DNA of 64,000 nt, taken from positions 128,001 through 192,000 of the IMG/VR virus record IMGVR_UViG_3300047159_000056. The stretch is one strand, 5' to 3'. The position numbers and the translations under genes were made by a program. Source of the DNA: a virus. Lineage: Duplodnaviria; Caudoviricetes. This document shows positions 42,076 to 51,177 of the stretch, in pieces. Each line of letters opens with the position of its first letter. Position 1 is the first letter of the stretch. The notes below the pieces were generated by a model. It ran no database searches, had not been told where the DNA came from, and saw nothing but the letters and a program-made list of their open reading frames with translations.

Positions 42076-43770
42076 TTACATGTTTTGTTCTGGATTCTGC
42101 TCATCTAAGAAACTAGCATCTATTCCCTGTTGCTCTGCCTTAGTCTTTAACATAGCTGAAGACCACTTAACATAATTCTCAATAGTAGAATCAGTTATAA
42201 TAGACTCTGTATTTGGATCAATATCTTTAACCAAGTTTTGTATATATCCCAAGAAAGATTTAGTATCTATTAGGGGTGCAGCTTGATCTAAGGTAGCTAG
42301 TGAATTAGTAATAATACCAGTTATACCAGTAACCAAACCACTAATAGACTCACTCTGATTTATCTGATTATTATATTCTACAGACGTCTTCTCAGTTAAG
42401 TGAAGTTTTATTAGGCTGGAATCTATGTCCTTATTGTATAAGATATTGTAGATAGAACATACTAGGTTAGTCATGGAATCTTTTATACCATCCATGAAAC
42501 CAGTAATCTTAGAATTAGCTCTTTCACTCTGCTGTAGAATAGCCCATTTAGAACCAGAAGTAGAATCTAAGATAGTACTAGGAATACCAAGAGGACTAAG
42601 AACAGAACTTTTACAATTATCAAGATTCTGCATTAAGTCTAGTAGTTTATCAGATAACTTATCAAGAGGTAACATACTATTCTTATTGCCTAAGGTAGAG
42701 TTATAATCTGGTACAAACTTAGCTGATTGTGATAATGTATTTTCTATAAAACTAACTACATCAAACTGTGAAGTCAAAAAGCTAGCTAGTTCATTTGTAT
42801 TATTCGCTAGCTTCGTAGTTCTAGCACATAAGTCATTAGCCGTTTCAAGAGGAGTAGACTTATCAAATTGTAACAAAAATATCTGAACACTGCTAAGATC
42901 CCTCAATGATATAAGAGAAATCAGAAGCTCCTTAATAACTAATTCTTTTACTTTTAGAATTAATGAGTAAAACAATGGCTCACCAGCACTAAAAGACTCT
43001 TTCCTAATTACCTTACTTCTATTATTATCTTTGTCTGAATTCTTTCCAAAACTAGGCTTTAATATTTTCTTATTATTGTAATCTTCGTCTAAGTCATTAA
43101 TAAGTCTAAGATTAATGTTTCCTATATAGATTACTTCATTACTCGGTATCTCATATATTTTTCCATCTTCTCCCCTAGCTAAAAATAACTCTTCATTTTC
43201 CCCAGTTTCACTTACACTTCTCTTTTTCTTAGATACAACAGTCACTGGATCATAAAGCTCTTCTATATTAAATACTAGGTGCCCTAAGTCATCCCTACTG
43301 TGTCCAAGCATAGAAAAGTATTCTCCATAATATACATAATCTTTTGAATGATCTCGTATAAAATCAAAAATCTTTATTTGCTTTAGTAAGATATCATTTA
43401 TTCTCTCTGTCTCTGTTTCTTGCTTATTTCCTTCTTCATCTACTATTGTTATAACCTCTCCAGTATTTTGAACTAAGAAATTTATTATATAATCTGAGAA
43501 AAAGTTTGTTGCTAATTTGGATATATCTAATAATTGATAACCCCTTAATTCATCAACCCTCTGATAATACATTGATAATCTATTGGAAGGTGATGCATTT
43601 CCTAAGAGTGGAGATTCTCGCATTCCTGAAAACATTCTATTAGCTGTTCCACCAATAGGGGAATAACCTCTGCCGCCGCCACCACTAAATACATTAGATC
43701 TTAGAGGAACCCTGGAACCGTATCCAATTCCTCCAAATACCTTCTGAAATAATCCTTCGTGCTTTTTCAT
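42076..43770 (-). CDS. portal protein (T4 gp20-like)
   Basis: 564 aa; DYVYYGEYF, LGIP..IL motif; sits between terminase and protease. Confidence 0.75.
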   Translation of the reverse strand: MKKHEGLFQKVFGGIGYGSRVPLRSNVFSGGGGRGYSPIGGTANRMFSGMRESPLLGNASPSNRLSMYYQRVDELRGYQLLDISKLATNFFSDYIINFLVQNTGEVITIVDEEGNKQETETERINDILLKQIKIFDFIRDHSKDYVYYGEYFSMLGHSRDDLGHLVFNIEELYDPVTVVSKKKRSVSETGENEELFLARGEDGKIYEIPSNEVIYIGNINLRLINDLDEDYNNKKILKPSFGKNSDKDNNRSKVIRKESFSAGEPLFYSLILKVKELVIKELLISLISLRDLSSVQIFLLQFDKSTPLETANDLCARTTKLANNTNELASFLTSQFDVVSFIENTLSQSAKFVPDYNSTLGNKNSMLPLDKLSDKLLDLMQNLDNCKSSVLSPLGIPSTILDSTSGSKWAILQQSERANSKITGFMDGIKDSMTNLVCSIYNILYNKDIDSSLIKLHLTEKTSVEYNNQINQSESISGLVTGITGIITNSLATLDQAAPLIDTKSFLGYIQNLVKDIDPNTESIITDSTIENYVKWSSAMLKTKAEQQGIDASFLDEQNPEQNM

Positions 43771-43804
43771 ATTCGTCTAATAATTCTTTTTATAATTCTT
43801 TTAG

Positions 43805-43855
43805 TTTCTGTAGTCTCATTGAAGAGTAGATCCTTATTTCAAATCACTACAGAAA
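43805..43855 (-). ncRNA. three-way-junction RNA element, copy B
   Basis: UUUCUGUAG-U-GAUUU..GGAUC-UA-CUC UUCAAU GAG-A-CUACAGAAA. Confidence 0.7.
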
Positions 43856-43864
43856 GTATATATT

Positions 43865-44434
43865 TTATTTCTTTTTATTCCACTTCTTAGCAAATTCAGA
43901 CTTTGTCATATTGCCATTAGCTACTTCTGTTAAATCAACATCTCTCTCGAATGCCTTTTCATTATTCTTCCAGAATTTCTTTCCTGTTGGATTTTTGGAT
44001 TCTTTTATAGAGTGATTTCTAATAGCTTTACTAACTCTAGTACTTCCATATCCTAATCCAGCACCTACTCCAGCACCAGCAAGACCACCAATAGCGGCTC
44101 CTTTAGCTCCTCCTTTAACATAGCCTAAACCTGCTCCAGTAATAGAACCAAGAGCACCATTGACAATAGCCTCTCTTTTCCCGGCTTTTTTCCATGCCTC
44201 TGGATCATTTTTACCAAGTCCTACAACCAAATTTCTTTCTCCTTTTGTCATAAGATGCTTTCTATTCCATGCGGTGACTTTGTCTAGAAGCTTCATCTTA
44301 GGCTCATCTTCTGGATCTGAATACATTAGCTCATCTAAGTATTGATCTTCATCTACAAATTCTGTGGTGCTAAATAGTCTTTCCTCTCCACTCTCATCTT
44401 GTAGTGTAGAGAATACTTTTCTTCTTATATACAT
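43865..44434 (-). CDS. MYIRRK-leader glycine-zipper protein
   Basis: Leader plus GAKGAAIGGLAGAGVGAGLG. Confidence 0.65.
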   Translation of the reverse strand: MYIRRKVFSTLQDESGEERLFSTTEFVDEDQYLDELMYSDPEDEPKMKLLDKVTAWNRKHLMTKGERNLVVGLGKNDPEAWKKAGKREAIVNGALGSITGAGLGYVKGGAKGAAIGGLAGAGVGAGLGYGSTRVSKAIRNHSIKESKNPTGKKFWKNNEKAFERDVDLTEVANGNMTKSEFAKKWNKKK

Positions 44435-44463
44435 ATTCTTATTCTTTTTATAATTCTTTTAGT

Positions 44464-44512
44464 TCTCTCAGTCTCATCGAAGAGTAGATTCATTTTACAA
44501 ATCGCTGAGAGA
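44464..44512 (-). ncRNA. three-way-junction RNA element, copy C
   Basis: UCUCUCAG-C-GAUUUG..UGAAUC-UA-CUC UUCGAU GAG-A-CUGAGAGA. Confidence 0.7.
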
Positions 44513-44523
44513 TAATAGTTAGA

Positions 44524-45069
44524 TTAGAAATTATAATTTCTCTTCATATATTCTTTCTTAGACATCTTGCCATCTGCTACCTTCATTAGGTCTACGTCAT
44601 CCTGCAATTCCTGTCTATAATTATTTGTATATTTGTGTCTTAGGGCTTCCTTCTGATTTTTTGCCAACTTTCTTGAAGCAAGAGCACCAATACCTGCACC
44701 AACTCCAGTACCAGCAAGAGCACCAATAGCAGCTCCCTTAGCACCAGCCATAGATCCCATACCTGCTCCATAGAGCCCGCCAATTACACCACCTACTTGG
44801 CCACCACGTTTGGTTGTATGTTTAATATACGGCTCCCAATCATTTTTCTCAATAGCATTCTCTGCTACTTCTCTTCCTTTTTTGGTTTTAAACCACTTAA
44901 GATCTCTAAGTCTAGCTTTATCGGATTTTGTAAGTTCCTGATCTTCATCATCAGAGAAACAAATTTCGTCTAGATATTCGTCTTCATTCATAAATTCAGT
45001 TGTACTGAACAATCTTTCCTCACCATTTTCATCTTCAAATGTAGAGAATACTTTCCTTCTTATATACAT
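44524..45069 (-). CDS. MYIRRK-leader glycine-zipper protein
   Basis: Leader plus GAKGAAIGALAGTGVGAGIG. Confidence 0.65.
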   Translation of the reverse strand: MYIRRKVFSTFEDENGEERLFSTTEFMNEDEYLDEICFSDDEDQELTKSDKARLRDLKWFKTKKGREVAENAIEKNDWEPYIKHTTKRGGQVGGVIGGLYGAGMGSMAGAKGAAIGALAGTGVGAGIGALASRKLAKNQKEALRHKYTNNYRQELQDDVDLMKVADGKMSKKEYMKRNYNF

Positions 45070-45074
45070 AGTTT

Positions 45075-45464
45075 TTATTTCTTTTTATTTTTGTAGTGAT
45101 TATATGCCATTATCCCAGCTCCTGCAAGAACCGTTCCAGCTGTAGCAAGAGAAATGGCTTTTTTATTTCTCTTAAAGAAAGAGTCCTTTGGCTTTACTAT
45201 ATAATAATTTTGTGGTAAGTGCTTAGCAATTTCCTGTTCACTTTCTGGAATAATAGTTTCCATTCCAGCTAGCTTCTTTGCCTTCTCTAATGCTTTTTCT
45301 CTATTATTATCTAGATATTCTTTCAAAGGTTTAAATGGACCTTGCTTTCTTAGTTTTCTATATTTATCAGCCAGTTCTTTTCTGGTTTTCTTTAAATACT
45401 TAGATTCAGCACTATTAAGAGAAATATAATCCCTCTTAGCAAAATTTTTATTTAGTAGTATCAT
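45075..45464 (-). CDS. leader-bearing basic protein with C-terminal anchor
   Basis: MILLNKNFA; paralog of 46006; ends AYNHYKNKKK. Confidence 0.6.
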   Translation of the reverse strand: MILLNKNFAKRDYISLNSAESKYLKKTRKELADKYRKLRKQGPFKPLKEYLDNNREKALEKAKKLAGMETIIPESEQEIAKHLPQNYYIVKPKDSFFKRNKKAISLATAGTVLAGAGIMAYNHYKNKKK

Positions 45465-45994
45465 TTCTTATTAAGTTTCTTTAACCTATCCTTAGTATTT
45501 ATCTCAGCACCAAGAACAGCAGATTTTCTCTTTTTTAATATCTTAGGAATATGTGCTCCTGCTGCTACTAATGCTACTCCAGCTCCTATAAGACCAGCCT
45601 TTTTACTTATCTTTGGAGCTACCCCATTAGCAAATGCAGTAGCTTTATTATATGGTAATTTGCCGTTCTCTTGTAAATAATTTATAGCATTCTTTCCAAA
45701 CTTAGAAACTAAGTAAGCTGCTCCTCCGTATTTTACTGCATCTTCTACTGGATCCTCCATATTTTCAAGAAGAACCTTATTTCCGGCAGCTCTTTTTGCA
45801 GCCTTTACTATATGCTCATCATCTTTACCTTCTGCAAAAGCTTCATCTGCTGCTTTTTGTCCAGCCCTAAATGACTCTTCAGCTTCAGTTTTCTTATTTC
45901 TATCTTGAGTCCAACCTACACCAATTCTAGATCCTGGTAAAACAGTTCTAGTTCTATTGGATGATTTACTGAAGTTTGTTCTCCTTAGTATCAT
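45461..45994 (-). CDS. leader-bearing basic protein
   Basis: MILRRTNFS. Confidence 0.6.
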   Translation of the reverse strand: MILRRTNFSKSSNRTRTVLPGSRIGVGWTQDRNKKTEAEESFRAGQKAADEAFAEGKDDEHIVKAAKRAAGNKVLLENMEDPVEDAVKYGGAAYLVSKFGKNAINYLQENGKLPYNKATAFANGVAPKISKKAGLIGAGVALVAAGAHIPKILKKRKSAVLGAEINTKDRLKKLNKK

Positions 45995-46005
45995 AATTTA
46001 TAAAC

Positions 46006-46413
46006 TTATTTAGACTGGTTCTGTTTTTTCTTCTTGTAGTGTGTATATGCTAAGGTTGCAGCGCCCGCTAAAGCACCACTCATTGCAGCACTACCCATAG
46101 CCATCTTATGATTCTTAATAAAATTTCCGACCCTCTTTGTAAGCTTCTCTTTAACAGGAGTTATTACTTTAGTTTCACCATTCAATATCTTATATTTAGA
46201 ATCTAAGAGTTCTTTCCTAGCATCAGAAATAGCAGATTGTCTTAAGGCATCCTTAACTGGTTTACCAAATATTATTCCCTTAAGTCCACTAGCTCTTGTA
46301 TTTCTAATTGAGTCAGCTACGGCCTTTCTTTTGCCCTTGAGAATTTCAGCTTCTCTTTTTGTTAAGCCTTCATAATCGGCTCTAGCAAAATTTTTATTTA
46401 GGAGTATTATCAT
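46006..46413 (-). CDS. leader-bearing basic protein with C-terminal anchor
   Basis: MIILLNKNFA; ends AYTHYKKKK. Confidence 0.6.
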   Translation of the reverse strand: MIILLNKNFARADYEGLTKREAEILKGKRKAVADSIRNTRASGLKGIIFGKPVKDALRQSAISDARKELLDSKYKILNGETKVITPVKEKLTKRVGNFIKNHKMAMGSAAMSGALAGAATLAYTHYKKKKQNQSK

Positions 46414-46414
46414 A

Positions 46415-48283
46415 TTAAAATATATTTTCTAGCATATCTTGTACTACCTTTGCTGACTCTTCTCTAGAATCTTCAGCCATTTTAGAGATAATGCTAAGTT
46501 GTTTATCTACCCCATTACTATATCCAGATTCCTCTCCAGCATCTATAGACATTTTTAAGCTATAACATGCACTAGCCAAGGAATCCCAAACATCTTTACT
46601 TCCTTTTCCATTATTAACATCAAAGACATTAGAATTTTGAGTTGCTTTCTTAGGGTGATCTATTTTATATCCCTTTGAAGTAGGAACATATCTAAGATCA
46701 TAAGCCTCCCTTAATAATCTTCTATTTTCTGGTATCTCAATCATTTCTAAGAGTATGAGATTTTTTAAATATAAGGCTGGATCACAAGGAACATTATCAG
46801 TAGAAATTCTTCCGTTAGTAGCTATGTTTTCCCTTTCACAATCTTGAAGAATTTGTTTAGAGAAAGCTATATCGGCACTAACTACAATATTATATGTTTT
46901 CTTAAGAGACATAATTAAGTCAAATACATGAAATAAACTAGTCTCTTGTCCTTCCTTTCGAGCTATAGCCAAACTAAATATACACTTAACTTTAGGCCAC
47001 TTAACTCCATTTATTATCTCCCAACCATCAAACTGAACTGCACTCATTCCAGTATAATCATCTACTGTAGCTAAGTCAAGTCCTAACCAAATAGTAGAAG
47101 TTGGTCTAACTAATGATAAGGCAGGAGAAATTTTATCTATTATTCTATCAGTCTTATCAAAAAAGTCAACCTGGATAATCTCTGGTATATTATTCTTTTT
47201 CTTATAACAATTTACCATATGCTCCATGTTTCCACCAAAGAATGAATCAGATGCACTAGTAGAAACACCACACTTATCCTGTAATGTTTTTTCTAGATTC
47301 AATTTGCATTCAACCATTAATTGCCAGGGTAATCTAAGAACTCTATCTGGATCTTGGTCTTCTGCTAATTTATAATCTTCAGCTAATATTTGTGGAGGAT
47401 ATTTACCATCTCCTATATATACTGGGAAAGTTCTACCACGACTCTCTTTATAGGATTGTGGTTTAACTTCATAATGAGTTGGCTTACAGTACCAAGTTAA
47501 ATCAGAAGGAGAATTATCTAAGAACCATTCAGTACAGGAATTATTACCTTTTGCTGAGGAGTCTATAATTAAGTTTCCCACCTTAGTCATTGCATCTCTA
47601 TCAAATCTAGATGTAAAACGACCATATGCTGTTTCAACTATTCCTTGCGCTTTCTCTTGATTAGGATAGAAGTTAATCTCACTTATTATATATACAAGAA
47701 CATCACTACCAAGACCAGCCTGACTTAGAGGGCCTGATGTTAGTACTTGAAATTTAAAACTTTTCTTAGTATTTTTGAAGAATGGTGACTTTTCCAAAAC
47801 TTCTTGAGTAAACCAATACTTAAACTCTTTTCTTGCAACCTCTTCATCCCTGTGATAGATAACTGCACTAAAAGGCTTTGGAGTTAGTTTAAGAGTTCTA
47901 CTAGGATTATTCATACAAAGAAGTCTAGCATAAGTCATAGCTAAACATAATCTAGATACAGTAGACTTACCAGTACCAATTGCTCCAGATAGAACTAAGA
48001 ATGGTTTTGCAGTTAAGACAGAACTGGGATAAATTATTGGTAAACTCTTCTTCCAATAGTCAAAGAGATTATTTCCTTTATCAAAAAATTCTGTTCCTCC
48101 TAAGAAATACTCATCAGAATATAATTGCTCTATACTAGGTGGTATTTTATTGTAACCATTTATCTTACAAAATATTAATAGTTTTTCTTCATCCGTTAAC
48201 TTTGCATATTGCTCCTCTATTGAAACTCCACTGAAATCAATTAGGGATGTTGGGTCTGTATGATCTATAAAACTATTTATCAT
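46415..48283 (-). CDS. terminase large subunit
   Basis: Walker A SGAIGTGKS, YIISE (Walker B), DSS motif III, RNase H-like GLDLATVDD, IDHP...KDVWDS. Confidence 0.85.
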   Translation of the reverse strand: MINSFIDHTDPTSLIDFSGVSIEEQYAKLTDEEKLLIFCKINGYNKIPPSIEQLYSDEYFLGGTEFFDKGNNLFDYWKKSLPIIYPSSVLTAKPFLVLSGAIGTGKSTVSRLCLAMTYARLLCMNNPSRTLKLTPKPFSAVIYHRDEEVARKEFKYWFTQEVLEKSPFFKNTKKSFKFQVLTSGPLSQAGLGSDVLVYIISEINFYPNQEKAQGIVETAYGRFTSRFDRDAMTKVGNLIIDSSAKGNNSCTEWFLDNSPSDLTWYCKPTHYEVKPQSYKESRGRTFPVYIGDGKYPPQILAEDYKLAEDQDPDRVLRLPWQLMVECKLNLEKTLQDKCGVSTSASDSFFGGNMEHMVNCYKKKNNIPEIIQVDFFDKTDRIIDKISPALSLVRPTSTIWLGLDLATVDDYTGMSAVQFDGWEIINGVKWPKVKCIFSLAIARKEGQETSLFHVFDLIMSLKKTYNIVVSADIAFSKQILQDCERENIATNGRISTDNVPCDPALYLKNLILLEMIEIPENRRLLREAYDLRYVPTSKGYKIDHPKKATQNSNVFDVNNGKGSKDVWDSLASACYSLKMSIDAGEESGYSNGVDKQLSIISKMAEDSREESAKVVQDMLENIF

Positions 48284-48308
48284 ATATTATCCAACTTATT
48301 TTATTTAG

Positions 48309-48355
48309 TTTCTGTAGTCTCATCGAAGAGTAGACACCTAAAGTCGCTACAGAAA
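48309..48355 (-). ncRNA. three-way-junction RNA element, copy D
   Basis: UUUCUGUAG-C-GAC..GUC-UA-CUC UUCGAU GAG-A-CUACAGAAA. Confidence 0.7.
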
Positions 48356-48363
48356 GTATATTT

Positions 48364-48849
48364 TTAAATTCCGATTATTTCTCTAAGAGGACGTCCTTTT
48401 CCTCCATTAATAGATTGCATTCTTGAATTAAATTTTGCAAGGTCTACAGCATTCTTAACGGCTTTCTTAGTAACTGGCTGACCAGATTCTCTAAGGCCTA
48501 CTCTAGCAAATCTTCCTAAAGCTTTTTGTACACTTGGATTAGTGGTGTTATATATTCCTTTTCCGGCTCTTCCAGATCTTCCAGCTATACCAATGACTTT
48601 ATTTATTACTTCCTCCTTATTTGCATTCTCTATTCCTCTTCTGCTGATCTTTTTACCAATATCTCTTATTCTAGAAAGTGCTTTGGCCTGACTTCTTATA
48701 GATGCATACTCTTTCTGTTCAGGTTCTTCGTCAGAATACATCATTTCATCCAGATATTGATCTTCGTCTACAAATTCTGTAGAACTAAATAGTCTTTCCT
48801 CACCATTCTCATCTTCAAATGTCGAGTATAGTTTACGTCTTATATACAT
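48364..48849 (-). CDS. MYIRRK-leader basic protein
   Basis: Likely start ATG 48849 (MYIRRKLYS...EERLFS...QKEYA), followed by an R/K-rich body. Confidence 0.65.
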   Translation of the reverse strand: MYIRRKLYSTFEDENGEERLFSSTEFVDEDQYLDEMMYSDEEPEQKEYASIRSQAKALSRIRDIGKKISRRGIENANKEEVINKVIGIAGRSGRAGKGIYNTTNPSVQKALGRFARVGLRESGQPVTKKAVKNAVDLAKFNSRMQSINGGKGRPLREIIGI

Positions 48850-48850
48850 G

Positions 48851-49575
48851 TTATTTCTTTTTATTATGTTTATATTGGTAATATTTATAACCACCATATC
48901 CAATACCACTAGCTAATGCCAATCCTCCAGCAACTTTGCCGACTGTCTTAAGATTTTTGATTCTTCTTAATTTGGCATTTTTTAGAATCTCAGTCTTCTT
49001 TGCTGCGGCTTTAGCTTCTGCTCTAGCAATATTTTCAGACTTAGCTCTAGCCTCTGCTCTAGCTTTTTCTCTCAACTCTTCTTTTATTTTTGCCTTAGCA
49101 TTTTCAGCATTAATTCGCTTCTTGATATCATCCTCTACTTGTTTTTCTATGGCGGATTTATTACGTTTTAATTTATTATCAAAAAGTTGACTTTGATGTT
49201 CTGGACTAAGTCTATGGATTCTAGAGAACTTATCATTAAATAAACTCTTAGCTCCCCTTCTTTGAGCGGCTCTTCCTTCTTTAAGTAGTGATTCCTGCTT
49301 ATCGGCCAGTTTAGATATATCTTTCATACCTTCTACTTTGGGACTCCAAGATCCTCCTTTAACTAAAGGTGTGGTAGAAGCAACCTTATATTTATCATAT
49401 ACCTTCTTATAGCTTTTATCTATAGGGTTAGTAAGAAAATTATCAGTTGAAGCACTTTCTAATCCTATCTTCATATCAGACAATGCTCTTCTAGCCTTTT
49501 GTGCTTTGGAATTAAAGGTTCTTTCCTCTATCTCCCCCCCCCCCCTGAGAGGATATTGTTTCTTAATATTATCAT
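48851..49575 (-). CDS. leader-bearing basic anchor protein interrupted by an out-of-frame G12 tract
   Basis: ATG 49575 overlaps the upstream TGA (ATGA); MIILRNNILS-G12; G10 or G13 would fuse it to ORF 48851..49483 via EIEERTFNSKAQKARRA. Confidence 0.7.
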
Positions 49576-49865
49576 TTTATTTTATTAATTAGAGCTCTTC
49601 CTTTTTCAAGAGCTAATTGTTGTCTAACTGCAGTGTCTAATTCTAGTGTCTGAGGTGAAAACTTAGGATTATCAAAAGGAACAATTAGGTTTTTATATTT
49701 TTCCAGAGTCCTAAGAGAACCGCCCTTAGTTACTGGTTTCTGTATAGCGCTTTTGTATAATGCTTTCTCATACATAGGACCTTCAATCCCCTTTTTCATA
49801 ATCCACTTATTCTTTAGAATCTTATTAAGCCTATTAGAATAAGTTTTTTGTCTTAAGACTATCAT
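49572..49865 (-). CDS. small leader-bearing basic protein
   Basis: MIVLRQKTYS. Confidence 0.6.
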   Translation of the reverse strand: MIVLRQKTYSNRLNKILKNKWIMKKGIEGPMYEKALYKSAIQKPVTKGGSLRTLEKYKNLIVPFDNPKFSPQTLELDTAVRQQLALEKGRALINKIK

Positions 49866-50569
49866 GATATTCCGTTATCTTTTTTTAATAAGTCCATAAA
49901 TTTCTCTATGGTTTTCTTTGTTTCTGGATCATCAAATTCTTCATTACCAGTTTTTTCTGCTAATTTCTTCAATTCTAATTCAGAACCGTCAATCATAATG
50001 TCATCTTTCATCTCTTCTATCTGTGTAATAAAGTTCATGATCTCTCGTACAGCTAAGAAGGTATCTTGAATTGTCATCTGAGACTTATCAAAAAGGTTCT
50101 TAGGATCCAGTACATAATCAATAGCCAAGCTTAATTTACTTAGCATATGAACAATTAAGATAGGACGAATTGACTTAAATATTTCACTGAGATATAATTC
50201 TAATGTTCTTCTGCTCTTTGGGTCACTTACATTTACTAGAGTTTGAGATAGAGAATCAAAATTTATCTGAAGGTCTGTTCCATACTCTTTATTATATTTT
50301 GTAAATACCTGACTAAGAGCTAATTGCATTTCTTGTGCTTTTTGTTCTTTTTCGTTTTTAGACAGGGCAGAGGCATCTACTATTATATTCTTAGCAGTTC
50401 CAGATAGAGGTAATTTAGGAGCCTTTGATATAATTGATTTCATATCTGACTCTACATCTTGATCAGGCTCTATTAATTCATAGTTGTCTGACCTATGATC
50501 TTCTTTACTATTACTTCCTAAGATCTGGCGCTTAAATTCTTCATTATCAAAAGGATTTATTGCCTCCAT
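49862..50569 (-). CDS. helical hypothetical protein (terminase small subunit candidate)
   Basis: 235 aa, helical, no leader, upstream of the large terminase; position only. Confidence 0.3.
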   Translation of the reverse strand: MEAINPFDNEEFKRQILGSNSKEDHRSDNYELIEPDQDVESDMKSIISKAPKLPLSGTAKNIIVDASALSKNEKEQKAQEMQLALSQVFTKYNKEYGTDLQINFDSLSQTLVNVSDPKSRRTLELYLSEIFKSIRPILIVHMLSKLSLAIDYVLDPKNLFDKSQMTIQDTFLAVREIMNFITQIEEMKDDIMIDGSELELKKLAEKTGNEEFDDPETKKTIEKFMDLLKKDNGIS

Positions 50570-50581
50570 AATTATAACTCC

Positions 50582-50731
50582 TTAATTTGTAGTTGATTTA
50601 TCAGTTGCAGCTGCCTTTGATGCTCTTTCCATTTCCTCACCAAGAGATGCAGCTTGTTCTCCGTAGTCTTCATTTTGCATAGCCTCTACGTCAGAATCTG
50701 AAACTGAATATTTCTTTCTTAATAATATCAT
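50582..50731 (-). CDS. 49-aa leader-bearing acidic peptide
   Basis: MILLRKKYSVSDSDVEAMQNEDYGEQ..., read manually; ATGA overlap with the upstream gene. Confidence 0.6.
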   Translation of the reverse strand: MILLRKKYSVSDSDVEAMQNEDYGEQAASLGEEMERASKAAATDKSTTN

Positions 50732-51177
50732 TGCTGTGGTTGTTGTTGAGATTGATCTAGATTACTTTTCTTCTTTAGAAACATAGATCCAAGTACACCA
50801 GCTGCAGCTAATCCAAGTCCAGCTTTTCCCATTCTTGCTATATTTTTTCCAGCACCTGTAGCACCAAATTTACTCATGTCTCTAACATAACCAGATGCTT
50901 GTTTATAATTCATCCTCATATTGGGGCTAGTAAGAACAGTTTTTAATCCTCCTTCTACTCCATTATTAATCAAAGCTTTATTTGCAGCAATACCATGTTG
51001 AATTGCAGAGGCAGTGGCTAGACCTGCTCCAGTTACAGCAGCTCCTTTGGCTATAGTGGAACCTATATTGCTTCCTTGAGAATTATCTTGTGAATCACCA
51101 TTAATGGATCCAGTATTTTTTCCACTTCCAGTCATAAAATCCATCATCCCAAAAGATTTATTTCTTAGTATTATCAT
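50728..51177 (-). CDS. leader-bearing G/A-rich two-helix protein
   Basis: Likely start ATG 51177 (MIILRNKSFG). Confidence 0.6.
   Translation of the reverse strand: MIILRNKSFGMMDFMTGSGKNTGSINGDSQDNSQGSNIGSTIAKGAAVTGAGLATASAIQHGIAANKALINNGVEGGLKTVLTSPNMRMNYKQASGYVRDMSKFGATGAGKNIARMGKAGLGLAAAGVLGSMFLKKKSNLDQSQQQPQQ

Noticed and set aside
43805-48355. Hammerhead ribozyme reading of the repeated RNA element
   Set aside because: CGAUGA resembles CUGAUGA, but the conserved CUGAnGA/GAAA core is absent and copy A lacks the sequence.
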